A stretch of DNA of 64,000 nt from an uncultured Desulfosarcina sp. (GTDB taxonomy: Bacteria > Desulfobacterota > Desulfobacteria > Desulfobacterales > Desulfosarcinaceae), in the NCBI GenBank assembly GCA_963674945.2, contig CAXXWQ010000003.1, positions 2,464,001 through 2,528,000 of the forward strand, written 5' to 3'. The translations under genes were made by a program, and so were the position numbers. This document shows positions 1 to 11,700 of this stretch, one piece after another; the first letter of the stretch is position 1; each line of letters begins with the position of its first letter. The notes beneath the pieces are model-generated. The model was not told the DNA's origin and made no database searches. It saw only the letters and a list, made by a program, of their open reading frames with translations.

Positions 1-1103
1 GTTCCTGGGTAGATCACCAATGGTTGACCGGGATGAATCACGCTGTCCACACCCAAACGGTTCCAGATTAACAAGGCGGCCAAAGGAACGTCAAATTTGG
101 CGGCAATCACGGATAGGCTGTCACCCGGATTGACCGTGTAGATGCTCTGTTTCCGTATCTTGGCATCGGCTTCGATACCCTCCTGTAGCCTGTATGAGAA
201 TCCCTTTTCTCCTTCAGCAGGGATATTGACCTTTCGGATGCCCGTTGCAAGGTAATATCCTCGTATCTCCGGGTTTAAATACTTGATGACCGTAAAATCG
301 GTTCTCGCAGCACCCGCAATGAGACGCAATGGGATCTGTTCGAATGCATTGATGGAAACAGTTGAAAATTGCACCGGCGCATAAAAATCGTCCTGAGAAA
401 GTGAAAAGCCATATTTTTCAGGAGCTTGAAATATCTTTTGAACGGAGAGGATACGAAGAACGAATCGTTGGGTCTCCAATGGGAGATAGAGACGGTAGTA
501 GTCGTCAGTCCCCTGTTCCAGAATCTGTGCGTGTAGCCCCTCCTCTCCCATGTTGTAGGCTGCCAAGGCCAGACTCCAAGATTCGAATTGACGTTTCAGA
601 TCCGTTAAATAGCGCAGCGCCGCAGTGGTACTCAGATACGGGTTGCGCCGTTCATCGAAATCATCGTTGACCAACAATCCATATTTTTTCGCCGTTTGGG
701 GCATCAGTTGCCACATGCCCATGGCGCCCTTGGGAGAACCGACATGGACCCGCAGTGCACTTTCCGCGACGGCCAGATACTTGATATCCTCGGGCAGCTT
801 GTTTTTCGAAAGCGCCTCTTCGATGAATGGAAAGTATCGCGTGCTGCGTTTCAGCCATAGAATCACCTGGGCGCGATTGTCCAGACAGATCAACATCTCC
901 TTTTCGAAGCGCTCCTTCACCTGATGGTCATGCATGGGAACAGGTTCACCACAAAAGCTGACCGGATCTTCCAATGCCAGGGCCGACAGCATTGGATCGG
1001 TTGTGATTTCGATCGCTGTGGCAGAAATAAAGTGACACGAAATGAAAAATAAAAGTGTCGTGTAGCAACAAATGACGATCTGATTTGATATCTTCGAAAA
1101 CAT
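1..1103 (-). CDS. Lytic murein transglycosylase (SLT domain) with C-terminal LysM, MltD-like; 3' end runs off the window
   Basis: Not in the ORF track. Manual translation from ATG at 1103: MFSKISNQIVICC..., SLT motif LPEDIKYLAVAESAL...SPKGAMGMWQLM, LysM motif YTVNPGDSLSVIAAKFDV...IHPGQPL near positions 1-150. Confidence 0.88.
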   Translation of the reverse strand, partial: MFSKISNQIVICCYTTLLFFISCHFISATAIEITTDPMLSALALEDPVSFCGEPVPMHDHQVKERFEKEMLICLDNRAQVILWLKRSTRYFPFIEEALSKNKLPEDIKYLAVAESALRVHVGSPKGAMGMWQLMPQTAKKYGLLVNDDFDERRNPYLSTTAALRYLTDLKRQFESWSLALAAYNMGEEGLHAQILEQGTDDYYRLYLPLETQRFVLRILSVQKIFQAPEKYGFSLSQDDFYAPVQFSTVSINAFEQIPLRLIAGAARTDFTVIKYLNPEIRGYYLATGIRKVNIPAEGEKGFSYRLQEGIEADAKIRKQSIYTVNPGDSLSVIAAKFDVPLAALLIWNRLGVDSVIHPGQPLVIYPG

Positions 1104-1374
1104 ATTTGTCCAAGTCGCCTTTTTATCAGACCAATTGAATGGAACCGACACCGACTATAAGGAGTTATTCAATGAAAACAATAAAGACTTTTTATAAAAA
1201 GCCGTTTCCATTTGGATCATTCGGTACAAACTATCTGCCAACAGCACGATTGTTCGGCCATACTTGTACCGGAAAAGCTTTCGCGAGTTTTTCAAGGAAG
1301 ATACAGATGTATTTTCCCATCATCGACAAGACGTATTGCCGTTGAGAGGAGAGGCAAGGGTTGTGGGCCAACCA

Positions 1375-1800
1375 CTATTTGATGTTCAACCAACTGCACA
1401 TCATTTGTTTGACGTCGGCATTTTGGAGTTTTTCGTCGGTGATGGAAATCAACCCAAGACGAATGGAAATACGCTCATCGTCTCCCCAGGGCCACCAGGC
1501 CGCAAATAGAACCACGCCCTGGACCGGATCATGGGTAAACAGCTTCTGTCCGGGGACGACACCGAATCCGGTCTGGAAATAATCCCTTACGGCCACATCC
1601 GCGTCCTCAATGGTGGAAAAGTCCCATCTGTGTGAAAATTCGAGACCCAGCGGAAGTTCAACCATAATTTCATCTTTACGGCTGATCACCGTATGCGCAA
1701 GATTGAATTCTTTATCCCATCGCCATGGACAATTTTCGGGGATGTTCAGGCTGATTCGTTGGCAGATACCTTCCAGGGGGTGCAACTGGTCGAATGGCAT
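1375..1800 (-). CDS. Hypothetical protein (141 aa)
   Basis: Co-oriented with, and 8 bp downstream of, the lipoprotein gene; no recognisable motif. Confidence 0.65.
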   Translation of the reverse strand: MPFDQLHPLEGICQRISLNIPENCPWRWDKEFNLAHTVISRKDEIMVELPLGLEFSHRWDFSTIEDADVAVRDYFQTGFGVVPGQKLFTHDPVQGVVLFAAWWPWGDDERISIRLGLISITDEKLQNADVKQMMCSWLNIK

Positions 1801-1808
1801 TGGTTTCC

Positions 1809-2765
1809 TTATTGAAAAGATTTACTGATGCGTCCAGCTTCCCGATTCTGGAAGATCAACTCCTTGGGAATGATCGAATCATCGTAAGTGATCTTTCCAT
1901 GGGAAAGGCTTCCGGGTTCCAGGACACTATCCAGACTGTCGCTGATCTCACAGGACATTGGTTCGTCGTCACCATCCAGCAGGGTGAAATAGTCAGGATG
2001 AGTAGTGATAATCTGGTTGCTGACATTTTTCACCCATACATATAACGATCCGTCACCCATATCGTGAACGGCCATTTTCGCGATACCGTTCCCCGTATAT
2101 TGGCGTAGCCGTTCATTGCGATCCGGCCTGCTTTCTTCCCAGGCTTTCCGTAATTTTTCCTTTTCCGCTTTGGCGGCCCGGGCCTCCCGTCGTTCATTCT
2201 GTTCAACGAGACGCGCCTCGTAATACGAAACCTTCTTCTGGTATTTTGGATTTTCTGGATCCAGTTGTAATAATTGGCGATACAGTTTCAGGTTGGAAGC
2301 GACATTATACGCCGGGATCGGGGCAACCGCTTTCTCCAACTCTTCGATTTTATTCCGGCGCTCGGCGGCTTGTCGTTCGCGGGCCAACGTCGCCTCTTTT
2401 TCCGCCTGCCGGCGCGCCTCTTCAATTTTCATCCGCCGAAGGCGTTCCTCTTCCTCCCTGACCCACCGGTCTCTGATATCACCACCGACGGCAGCCACCA
2501 GGCCGTTTTCGAACGCGACGGGGGTGCACAGCGCCTTGACCACGGGTGTCTCGGGGGATGGCTTTTTTTTCGTCTGGTAATATGCGACAAACCGTTGCTT
2601 TGATATTTCCTCCATAATGTCCGGAGAACCCATCTGGTCATCGACCATCTTTTTTGTGTCTCCGATCTGAACCAATTTGAGCGCTTTAACGTTTTTCTGC
2701 GCCTCTGTGTGGGAGCAACCGCAAAGTAACACGGCCGTGACGAATAGAATCGCCCATGATCGCAT
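1809..2765 (-). CDS. Lipoprotein with DUF3192-like N-terminal domain, charged coiled coil and C-terminal beta domain
   Basis: Likely start ATG 2765 behind an AAGGAG SD; signal peptide and lipobox VLLCGC; LCTPVAFENG motif; long E/R/K/A helical region. Confidence 0.7.
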   Translation of the reverse strand: MRSWAILFVTAVLLCGCSHTEAQKNVKALKLVQIGDTKKMVDDQMGSPDIMEEISKQRFVAYYQTKKKPSPETPVVKALCTPVAFENGLVAAVGGDIRDRWVREEEERLRRMKIEEARRQAEKEATLARERQAAERRNKIEELEKAVAPIPAYNVASNLKLYRQLLQLDPENPKYQKKVSYYEARLVEQNERREARAAKAEKEKLRKAWEESRPDRNERLRQYTGNGIAKMAVHDMGDGSLYVWVKNVSNQIITTHPDYFTLLDGDDEPMSCEISDSLDSVLEPGSLSHGKITYDDSIIPKELIFQNREAGRISKSFQ

Positions 2766-2803
2766 AGTGCCAATCTCCTTGTTCCATGGTGGGCCAGACA
2801 TGG

Positions 2804-3301
2804 TTACCGTTCATCTCTTTTTCGCCCGGCAATGGGCTCTGCGAATCGAATTTCCGAATCCCAGGGAAACAAAATCCATGTGTCTTGACTGACTTCGGTC
2901 ATAAACGTGTCGACCAGTGGACGGCCGGCGGGTTTTGCATAGATGGTGGCAAAATGGGCTTTGGGGACCAGTTCCCGCACCGATTTCGCAGTCTTGCCGG
3001 TATCGACCAGGTCATCCACAAGCAGCCAACCCTCTCCGTTTTCCAGTGTGGACTTGAGTATCTGGACAGCTCCCCGATGTTTTCCGTCGTAGCTGGCGAT
3101 GCAGATGGTATCGATCAACCGTATCGCCAATTCCCGGGCGATGATGGCCGTCGGAACGAGTCCGCCACGGGTGATGGCGATGATACCGGACCACGGGCCC
3201 TTTTCCATCAGTCTCCAAGAAAGGGCGCGTGCATCGCGATGCAGTTGTTCCCACGAAACCGGATAGGTGCGCTGATAGGGGGTTGCGTCACCGAAAGTCA
3301 T
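2804..3301 (-). CDS. gpt: Xanthine-guanine phosphoribosyltransferase
   Basis: [26 protein letters not shown] loop [22 protein letters not shown]; start refined to ATG 3301. Confidence 0.92.
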   Translation of the reverse strand: MTFGDATPYQRTYPVSWEQLHRDARALSWRLMEKGPWSGIIAITRGGLVPTAIIARELAIRLIDTICIASYDGKHRGAVQILKSTLENGEGWLLVDDLVDTGKTAKSVRELVPKAHFATIYAKPAGRPLVDTFMTEVSQDTWILFPWDSEIRFAEPIAGRKRDER

Positions 3302-3450
3302 GATATACCAAGTCGCCTTCCATGCCAAATATGCGTAAATACCAATAAAGAGTATCGGCACTTTTACAGCCAAGGTTTAGCATTGTACCAAAACGAGTTG
3401 ACAGGAAAATGCCCACGGAAGGTTCAAACCTGCCGGATCTGCGGCCATGT

Positions 3451-4107
3451 TCATATCATTGAAAGCACCTTACTCACCAGCTTTTCGATGCCGACCGCCA
3501 CATCCTTGATGCCCGGACCCAGCATGTACGCCGGGGTCGTGACGATTCGATTGTTATCGTCCACACAGATGTCGGAAACCTTGCAATCCTTATGCGTTCC
3601 GCCCATTGTGCCGATGGCCGCAGCGGTGCCGACGTCGTTTCCGATGGTCACCCGAGGCTTTCGATCGGACAGGGCGCAAACGAGGGTTGCAGGAGCGATG
3701 CATATTGCGCCGACGGGCTTTTCTAACTGGACCATCTCTCCCAGCAGCCGTTTCACCTGCGGATGAACCGTAGCGGACGGGCCATTGACAGCAAAATCAC
3801 TGAGATTTTTGGCGGCTCCGAATCCTCCGGGAATGATCAATGCATCGATATCGCCCCCCTTTACCGACGCCACATCCTCGATTTCGCCCCTGGCGATCCT
3901 TGCCGATTCCACCAGCACGTTTCTTTTCTCCGCGACGGTCTGCTGGCTGAGGTGGTCGATCACGTGCAGTTGCTCCATATCCGGCGCCATACATCGTATC
4001 GTCGCGCCTGCCTGGTCCAAAAATAATAATGTCAAGACGGCTTCGTGAATTTCACTGCCGTCGAAAACACCGCAACCTGAAAGTAATACACCAATTTTTT
4101 TGCTCAT
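3451..4107 (-). CDS. elbB: ElbB/ES1-family glyoxalase (DJ-1/PfpI superfamily)
   Basis: LSGCGVFDGSEIHEAV, RNVLVESARIARG, PGGFGAAKNLS, ICIAP, TTPAYML. Confidence 0.93.
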   Translation of the reverse strand: MSKKIGVLLSGCGVFDGSEIHEAVLTLLFLDQAGATIRCMAPDMEQLHVIDHLSQQTVAEKRNVLVESARIARGEIEDVASVKGGDIDALIIPGGFGAAKNLSDFAVNGPSATVHPQVKRLLGEMVQLEKPVGAICIAPATLVCALSDRKPRVTIGNDVGTAAAIGTMGGTHKDCKVSDICVDDNNRIVTTPAYMLGPGIKDVAVGIEKLVSKVLSMI

Positions 4108-4129
4108 TTGATTACCTTTTCGTCTAAAT

Positions 4130-4513
4130 TTACATCAACACATGTTTGTCCAATACGAAACAGGTGAACATTCCTTGGAAGACCTCATCACCATTTTTCG
4201 TCACACTCACGGATACCCAATATTTCTTTCCCTTGATTTCCTGGACCTTGGCTGTCGCCAGGACTTTCTCTCCCACGCGCACCGGTTTGAGGAACTTCAC
4301 ATCCGAGGCGCCAAGAACGACATGGGGGTGGTTTACCGCGATCATGGCCGCATAGTCCGCAGCACCAAAGATAAAGCCGCCATGCACCAGGCCCATGCGG
4401 TCGGCCGCCATTCGCTTCGTCGTGGTGAGTTCCACCTTGCTATGCCCGCGTTCCAATAAGATCGGCGTACCACACAAATCCTGATCGATTTTACCGTGGG
4501 TTTCAATCTTCAT
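4130..4513 (-). CDS. PaaI-family hotdog-fold thioesterase
   Basis: GLVHGGFIFGAADYAA and VKFLKPVRVGE motifs; alternative start at 4534. Confidence 0.85.
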   Translation of the reverse strand: MKIETHGKIDQDLCGTPILLERGHSKVELTTTKRMAADRMGLVHGGFIFGAADYAAMIAVNHPHVVLGASDVKFLKPVRVGEKVLATAKVQEIKGKKYWVSVSVTKNGDEVFQGMFTCFVLDKHVLM

Positions 4514-4596
4514 CTTTCTCTCCACAGATTTCATTGGATGGGGTTTTTTCTTATCTCGTATAATTTTCTATTTGGTCAAAATCTTGTAGCGGTGGC

Positions 4597-4613
4597 TTGA
4601 AAAGAGTTTTCAA
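4597..4613. promoter_or_regulatory. Palindrome TTGAAAA-gag-TTTTCAA, possible operator
   Basis: Perfect 7-3-7 inverted repeat in the AT-rich spacer between divergent operons. Confidence 0.35.
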
Positions 4614-4677
4614 TCATAATAAAAAGTGCATGATACTGTCAATCCATCGTAAAGCATCATAAAAAAGAGAGGGAAAC

Positions 4678-5796
4678 GTGAACGATATCCACCAGGAACG
4701 AATCGCACGCGTCAGACAGAAATTGGCAGACGAGGGCCTGGATGCAATGATGGTCTCTGTACAGGAAAATCGCTACTATCTCAGCGGGTTTTCCGGAGAA
4801 GACACCCAATTCGATGAATCGGCCGGTTCACTTATTATCTCCTGTGATAAATTGGTACTGGCCACGGATGGCCGCTACGAAGAGCAGGCGCGAAACGAAG
4901 CCATTGGATTCGACATCGTCTGCTACAAAAAAGGCGTCGAGCAGGTTCTGCCGGAGATTGCAGGCTCGTTGGGTGTGAAGCGAATCGGTTTTGAAAGCGT
5001 TCGCATTTCCCACAAGAACCACGCCGCCATGAACTCGGCCATTGCCACCATGGATCCCCTTACAGCCTTGATTCCCACTGAAAATATCGTGGAATCGCTG
5101 CGTCAAATCAAAAGCGAGGAGGAAATTCAGCACACGATCGATGCCCTGCGCCTGGCCGAAGGGGCGTTCTCGCGCGTGCTTGCCATGGTTGAACCGGAGA
5201 TGACCGAAAAGGCGGTGGCCTGGGAAATGGAAAAGGCGATGCGGGAAGCCGGCGCGCAATCGCTCTCGTTTCCCGTCATCGTGGCTTCCGGGCCCAATAG
5301 CGCCCTGCCCCATGCCGTGCCCACCGACCGCAAACTAAAAAGAGGAGAGCCCATTCTCATCGACTGGGGCGCAAGACTGAACGCATATTGTTCGGATACC
5401 ACCCGGACCTTTGTTTTGGGAACACCCGACGATCGATTCAAGAAAGTCTACGACACTGTGGTAACGGCCAGAGAACTGGCCATCGGGGCGATAAAGGAGG
5501 GAGAAACCGGAAATCGGATCGACAGAATCGCCAGGGAACACATCAGGAAAAATGGCTTTGCCGGTAAATTCGGTCATGGTCTCGGGCACGGCACGGGACT
5601 GGCCGTCCATGAAAGCCCCCGATTGAGCCCCATGAGAGAGGATCGGCTGGAAGCGGGGATGATCGTCACGGTGGAACCGGGGGTTTACCTTCCGGGTTGG
5701 GGCGGAATTCGCATGGAAAACCAAGTTGTAGTGAAAACATCAGGCGCCCGGGTACTCAATGATCCAGCCCCCTTCGATCCTGTCGTAGGCGCATAG
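4678..5796 (+). CDS. Xaa-Pro aminopeptidase/dipeptidase (M24B)
   Basis: Creatinase-like N-domain; IDWGA...YCSDTTRT, HGLGHGTGLAVHE, VTVEPGVY, GGIRMEN. Confidence 0.93.
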   Translation: MNDIHQERIARVRQKLADEGLDAMMVSVQENRYYLSGFSGEDTQFDESAGSLIISCDKLVLATDGRYEEQARNEAIGFDIVCYKKGVEQVLPEIAGSLGVKRIGFESVRISHKNHAAMNSAIATMDPLTALIPTENIVESLRQIKSEEEIQHTIDALRLAEGAFSRVLAMVEPEMTEKAVAWEMEKAMREAGAQSLSFPVIVASGPNSALPHAVPTDRKLKRGEPILIDWGARLNAYCSDTTRTFVLGTPDDRFKKVYDTVVTARELAIGAIKEGETGNRIDRIAREHIRKNGFAGKFGHGLGHGTGLAVHESPRLSPMREDRLEAGMIVTVEPGVYLPGWGGIRMENQVVVKTSGARVLNDPAPFDPVVGA

Positions 5797-5799
5797 CTC

Positions 5800-6705
5800 A
5801 TGGAACCGGTAACGAAATTCGATGGTGATCTTGATCAATACCGCACGTTCCTGTTGATGGAAAAGGGCCTGAGTGAAAAGACCATCGAAGCATACGCCTC
5901 GGACCTGATACGATTCGGTAAATTTATATCATCTCACGGCATAACAAAGCCGGGTGATATCGACTCGGGATCGATCCTTTCCTATCTGATTCATCTTCGC
6001 GAGAAGGGATTGAATGCGAGGTCCAGGGCCCGTCATCTGGTAAGTTTGCGCGGATTTTTCAATTTCCTGTCCCACGAAAAGCGCATCGAAACGAATCCCG
6101 CCAAAGCCATCGATCTACCCAAAATCGGCATGCATCTTCCCGATGTGTTGAGTGTTGCGGACGTGGAGGCACTGATTGCGGCTCCCGATCGTAAAAAACC
6201 GGAGGGGATTCGGGATGCCGCCATGCTCGAATTGTTGTACGGTGCCGGCCTGCGGGTCTCGGAATTAATTCACCTGAGACAAAACGGCATCAACCTGGAG
6301 GCCGGATTCGTTCGGGTATTGGGAAAAGGCGACAAGGAACGTGTCATTCCCATCGGTAAAATGGCCTCGGACGCCGTCGGCGATTATCTTGCAAGATCCC
6401 GCGCTGCACTTTTAAAGAATCGGACCAGCAGCTTTCTGTTCGTCACGCGCAGGGGAAGTGCCATGACAAGGCAAAGTTTTTGGCATCTGATTCGTCGTTA
6501 CGGCAATCAGGCCCGGCTTGCCAAGAAAATCACCCCCCACAGCCTGCGCCACTCTTTCGCGACCCATTTGTTAGAGGGAGGTGCGGACCTTCGCGCCGTT
6601 CAGATCATGCTGGGGCATGCGGATATCTCCACCACCCAGATTTACACCCATGTGGCCCAAAATCAGTTGATTGTGGCCCACAGGAAATATCATCCACGTG
6701 GATAA
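5800..6705 (+). CDS. xerD: Site-specific tyrosine recombinase XerD
   Basis: RDAAMLELLYGAGLRVSEL, GKGDKER, TPHSLRHSFATHLLEGGADLRAVQ, LGHADISTTQIYTHV, HRKYHPRG. Confidence 0.93.
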   Translation: MEPVTKFDGDLDQYRTFLLMEKGLSEKTIEAYASDLIRFGKFISSHGITKPGDIDSGSILSYLIHLREKGLNARSRARHLVSLRGFFNFLSHEKRIETNPAKAIDLPKIGMHLPDVLSVADVEALIAAPDRKKPEGIRDAAMLELLYGAGLRVSELIHLRQNGINLEAGFVRVLGKGDKERVIPIGKMASDAVGDYLARSRAALLKNRTSSFLFVTRRGSAMTRQSFWHLIRRYGNQARLAKKITPHSLRHSFATHLLEGGADLRAVQIMLGHADISTTQIYTHVAQNQLIVAHRKYHPRG

Positions 6706-6776
6706 TGAATCGATCTTGAAAAACCGTACATCATTTCTCGTATCACCGTTTATCCGTCAAAAAAGGAGGCGCAGTA

Positions 6777-8417
6777 GTGAAAAGGGATATGCCGATTACG
6801 CCCATTGGTTTCTGGCGGCCGGAACAAAATCAACCCAAAAGCGGTGCGGATGCCGTTTGGAATGCCGTTGGCAACTTGTCCCGGCCCATTTACCTGCTGA
6901 ATATGGACGGCCACATCGGTGCGGTACAAGATGGCCGAATCACCATCGGCGCCAGGAAGACAAATGGCACACAAGGCCAAGATCTTTTGGCATGGGCGCC
7001 GGCGTTGCCACTTACTTCCCTTGGAGACCCTGAATTTCTTGCAGCCCACGGATTGCGGTATGCTTACGTATGTGGCGCCATGGCCAATGGCATCACCTCC
7101 ACCGCCATGGTGGAGGCGGCGGGAAAAGCCGGTATGATCGGTTTTTTCGGTGCTGGTGGGCTATCGATCCGGCAGATTGAGGCAGCCATCGATCGCCTGC
7201 AACAAAACCTTGGTAACGTTCCTTACGGTTTCAACCTGATTCACAGTCCCAATGACATGGCATTGGAGCAAAATACCGTCGATCTATACATCCAAAAAGG
7301 AATTACGCTGGTTTCGGCATCGGCCTATCTGGATTTGACGACCCCGTTGGTGCAGTATCGGATTCATGGTATTCATCGTGACGATGGGGGAGAAATCGTT
7401 TGTCCCAACCGCATCATCGCAAAGGTTTCCAGGGAAGAGGTGGCCCGTAAGTTTTTCTCTCCACCGGAAGAAAAGCATCTTCGTAAGCTGGTAAATCAGG
7501 GGAAAATCACCGATGTCCAAGCCGAAATGGCCAGTCGCATTCCCATGGCCCAGGACCTGACGGCAGAAGCCGACTCCGGCGGACACACGGACAACCGCCC
7601 GGCGCTATGCCTTTTTCCAACCATGGTCGCCCTGCGGAACGAGATGACCGCCCTGCATAACTATGATGTCCCTTTGCGGGTGGGACTGGCCGGGGGAATC
7701 GCGACACCCGAATCTGCCGCCGCCGCCTTTTCCATGGGCGCCGCCTACATTCTCACCGGTTCCATCAACCAGTCCTGCGTCGAAGCCGACACGTCGGACC
7801 TTGTCAAGAAGATGCTTTCCGAGGCGCGCCAGGCGGATATCATCATGGCACCTGCTGCGGACATGTTCGAGATGGGGGTGAAGGTTCAGGTGCTCAAGCG
7901 GGGAACAATGTTCTCCATGCGTGGTACCAAGTTGTACGATATCTACCGTACCTACGAGCGTTTCGAAGATGTGCCGGAAAGCATTCGCAGACAGGTGGAG
8001 GGAAGTTTTCTGAAATGTAGTTTTCATCAGGAATGGGAAAACACCCGAACCTTTTTCCTGAACCGGGACATAGCTCAGGTCGAACGAGCGGAAAGGGATC
8101 CCAAACATAAAATGGCCCTTGTATTTCGTTCCTATCTGGGACGGGCGTCGCTCTGGGCAAAAAAGGGGATCCCAGAGCGTGCCATCGATTATCAGATTTG
8201 GTGCGGTCCGGCCATGGGTGCCTTCAACGAATGGGTGAAAGGATCCTTTCTCGAACGTCCGGACAACCGGGATATCGTTACCATCGCCATGAACCTGTTG
8301 TATGGTGCCGCTGTTATTGCGCGTCGAAACAGCTTGCTGGCACAATGCGGCCAACTCCCCTTTTCCCGGCAGCCCATATCACCGGTCAGACTGGATTTGA
8401 TTCGATCACAAATTTGA
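6777..8417 (+). CDS. pfaD: PfaD-family FMN-dependent enoyl reductase of PUFA/polyketide synthase
   Basis: GAMANGI, AEADSGGHTDNRP, MAPAADMFEMGVKVQVLKRGT, KHKMALVFRSYLG, DYQIWCGPAMGAFN. Confidence 0.95.
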   Translation: MKRDMPITPIGFWRPEQNQPKSGADAVWNAVGNLSRPIYLLNMDGHIGAVQDGRITIGARKTNGTQGQDLLAWAPALPLTSLGDPEFLAAHGLRYAYVCGAMANGITSTAMVEAAGKAGMIGFFGAGGLSIRQIEAAIDRLQQNLGNVPYGFNLIHSPNDMALEQNTVDLYIQKGITLVSASAYLDLTTPLVQYRIHGIHRDDGGEIVCPNRIIAKVSREEVARKFFSPPEEKHLRKLVNQGKITDVQAEMASRIPMAQDLTAEADSGGHTDNRPALCLFPTMVALRNEMTALHNYDVPLRVGLAGGIATPESAAAAFSMGAAYILTGSINQSCVEADTSDLVKKMLSEARQADIIMAPAADMFEMGVKVQVLKRGTMFSMRGTKLYDIYRTYERFEDVPESIRRQVEGSFLKCSFHQEWENTRTFFLNRDIAQVERAERDPKHKMALVFRSYLGRASLWAKKGIPERAIDYQIWCGPAMGAFNEWVKGSFLERPDNRDIVTIAMNLLYGAAVIARRNSLLAQCGQLPFSRQPISPVRLDLIRSQI

Positions 8418-8527
8418 GACGATCCATTCAAACGAGACTATTATATTGTGCATTTATTTTGAATACGGCTGTATAAGTTATGTTGCTGTTATATCTGCAT
8501 AACAACCAATGGGACATCTCTTCTTCC

Positions 8528-8556
8528 TTGTATTTTGTAGAATGATGAATTATAGT
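8528..8556 (+). promoter_or_regulatory. Putative sigma70 promoter of the pfaA-like gene
   Basis: TTGTAT-17 nt-TATAGT in the AT-rich 294-bp gap upstream of 8712. Confidence 0.45.
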
Positions 8557-8711
8557 AATGCCTTGAGTTTTCCAAAAAGAAGACGATCTAAATGAATCGG
8601 ATATTGTCGTTACACTACCCAGTGAAGTAAAAAATGGATTCGTGAACGAAAATAGATATCTGAAATAATCGTTTATTCAAATACTACATAACGCAAGACA
8701 CCGATAACCAA

Positions 8712-11700
8712 ATGACCACACAATCACGCAGCAGCCAGCCACCGGTGGCGATCATCGGAATGGGTGCCCTGTTCGCCAACTCGAAAAATCTGAAATCATA
8801 CTGGCGGATTTTGCGCAACGGGATAGACTGCATTACCGATCCTCCTGAATCCCACAGCCAGTTGCAGGATATCCACGACGTCGATCCGAAAAAACCGGAT
8901 CACATTTATTGTAACAGAGGTGGCTTTTTGCCTCCCCTGCCCTTCGATCCCACCGAATTTGGGATTCCGCCGACAGCGCTGGAAGCCACGGACACGTCTC
9001 AACTGCTGGGTCTCGTGGCCGCAAAGATGGCGCTGTCCGATGCCGGATACGGAGATGGGCGGGAATTTGATCGGGATCGAACTTCCGTGATCCTCGGCGT
9101 CACCGGCACCCAGGAACTCGTCATCTCGTTGGGTTCCCGGTTGGGGCATCCTTTCTGGCGCAAGGCACTTGACGGCAAAGGACTCGACGATCGACAGATA
9201 AAGTCTATCATCGATGATATTTCAGACAGTTATGTCTCGTGGCAGGAAAACTCCTTCCCTGGCCTTTTGGGCAACGTCGTCGCCGGTCGGATTTGCAACC
9301 GCCTCAATTTGGGCGGAACCAACTGCGTGGTGGATGCCGCCTGTGCCAGCAGCCTCAGTGCAATCCACCTGGCGATTCTGGAGCTTACATCTGGAAAGAG
9401 CAACATGGTCGTCACCGGCGGGGTGGATACCATCAACGATCCCTTCATGCACATGTGCTTCGCCAAGACAGGTGTTCTTTCCCACACGGGGAATGCCCGT
9501 CCCTTTTCCGCCGATGCCGATGGTACCGTGCTCGGGGAAGGAATCGGCATCGTCGTGTTGCGGCGACTGGAAGATGCCGAAAGGGATAGAGATCGGATAT
9601 ATGCCGTGATCCGCGGCATCGGATCATCCAGCGACGGCAAATCACAGAGCATTTACGCGCCACGGGCAGATGGTCAGGCACGGGCCCTGCGAGAAGCGTA
9701 CCGAAATGCTGGTATTCCGATAGAAACGGTGAACGCCATCGAGGCCCACGGCACCGGAACCCGTGTGGGGGATGAGGTGGAATTTTCCGCCCTGAAAAGC
9801 GTTTTCGGCGAAGTGCGTCCCAACGGCAACCGTTGCGCCTTAGGTTCCGTCAAATCCATGATCGGCCATACGAAAGCGGCCGCTGGAGCGGCGGGTCTGA
9901 TAAAGTCGGCGTTGTCATTGTACAACAAGGTGCTGCTTCCCACCCTCAAGGCAACGGTGCCCGACCCGAAACTGGAAATTGAATCCAGCCCATTTTACCT
10001 GAATAACCGATCCCGCCCCTGGTTCAAACCGAAGGATCATCCCCGCAGAAGTGGTGTGAGCGCATTCGGCTTCGGTGGCAGCAATTTTCATGTGGTTCTC
10101 GAAGAGTATCGACAGGAAAATCATGAGATTGGCTGGGACGGCTCCGTGGAGATCCTCGCCTTTTCGGCAGAGGACCCACAATCCATTATCGACGAAATTG
10201 ACCGTCTCCGCGATGCCTTGCGGGAAGACACAAGACCGTTTTCCCTAGAACACGCTGCAAGCCGTCTTCGCGGTGTATTTTCGACGGATCATCCGTTTCG
10301 ACTGGTTCTTGTCGTGGAAACCGATCTTTTCCAGCGCAAGATCGAAGATCACCTTTTCACCGCACGCGAAATCGTCACGAACGGCAAGGATACGTTTTCG
10401 GCTACGCAGGGCATCTATTTCGGTTCACCGGATCGAAGCCCGGGTGAGATTGCATTCCTGTTCCCAGGCCAGGGAAGCCAATATATCGACATGGGCAGGG
10501 ACCTGGCCTGTTGTTTCCCAGAAGCCATGGCAGCCATCGAATCCTTTGACAGCCGATTCGAGCATGAAACGGCGCTGGGTGAACTGATTTTTCCCCGTCC
10601 GGCCCTCTCTGACGAACAGAAGCAACAGTACATCGCCGCCATTGGTAAAACCAACGTGGCCCAACCGGCCATCGGTGCCATCAGCCTGGCCATGTTTTCG
10701 GTGCTATCGTATTTCGGCATACGGCCTCATTGCACCTGCGGCCACAGCTACGGTGAAATTCCCGCCCTATATGCCGCAGGCTGGATTGACAAGGATACTT
10801 TGGTGAATCTGAGCGCCATACGCGGCCGTCTCATGGCAGCGGCGGGAAAAGACCGGGATGCGGGCACCATGATGGCGGTCATGGCACCCATACAAGAGAT
10901 CGGATCCATCGCAGCGGAACACAAAGGCTTGGTACTGGCCAACATCAATAGTCCGCAGCAAGGCGTACTGTCCGGTACAACCCAGAGCATTGAGGCCGCC
11001 AGGGACGCCTGTGCAGAGAAAGGATATTCCGCCGTCATGCTTCCCGTGGCGGCCGCCTTTCACAGCCCCTTGGTCCAGGAGGCGCAAATTCCCTTCTCAG
11101 AAGCGCTGGCAAAGGTCCGTATCACCCCTTCGGCCGTCCCGGTATATGCAAATGTCACCGCATCCTGCTACCCCGAAGATGCCGAAGCGGCAGTCGACCT
11201 TCTTGGTCGGCAGCTCACCGCACCGGTACGTTTTATGGAGATGGTGGAAAATTTATACAAACATGGCGTGCGTACCTTCGTCGAAGTGGGCCCGAAGCGG
11301 GTGCTATCCGGGCTGGTTCGATCGACCTTGCACAGAGACGACGTCACTGCCATCGCCGTGGACCGATCTGCCGGGAAAAACGCCGGTATTTTGGATTTGG
11401 CCCATGTCATCGGCCATTTGGCCGCGTTGGGCGTCCCAGTGGAACTCAACCGCTGGGAGGAGCAACCCACAAAGGGACGATTGCCCAAGATGGTCGTGCC
11501 ACTGTCGGGCGCCAACTACCGTGTTCCCCGTAAAAAGCGGGCGAACCCTCCGCCGCAAAAAGCGGCGGATGTTCACCAACCCCATCCGCAACGCACCGGG
11601 GTCGTTATAACGACGGGCGAGAACGCACCGAAACCAAAACTACAGCATAACGATGAAATGAAACCCAACGAATCCAAACACCAATCGCCAAATGGTATGA

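Noticed and set aside
5800..6705. Tyrosine recombinase as a prophage or island integrase
   Set aside because: Has XerD-specific motifs (GADLRAVQ, HPRG end), lies 3 bp behind a housekeeping peptidase gene, and no att sites or phage genes are visible
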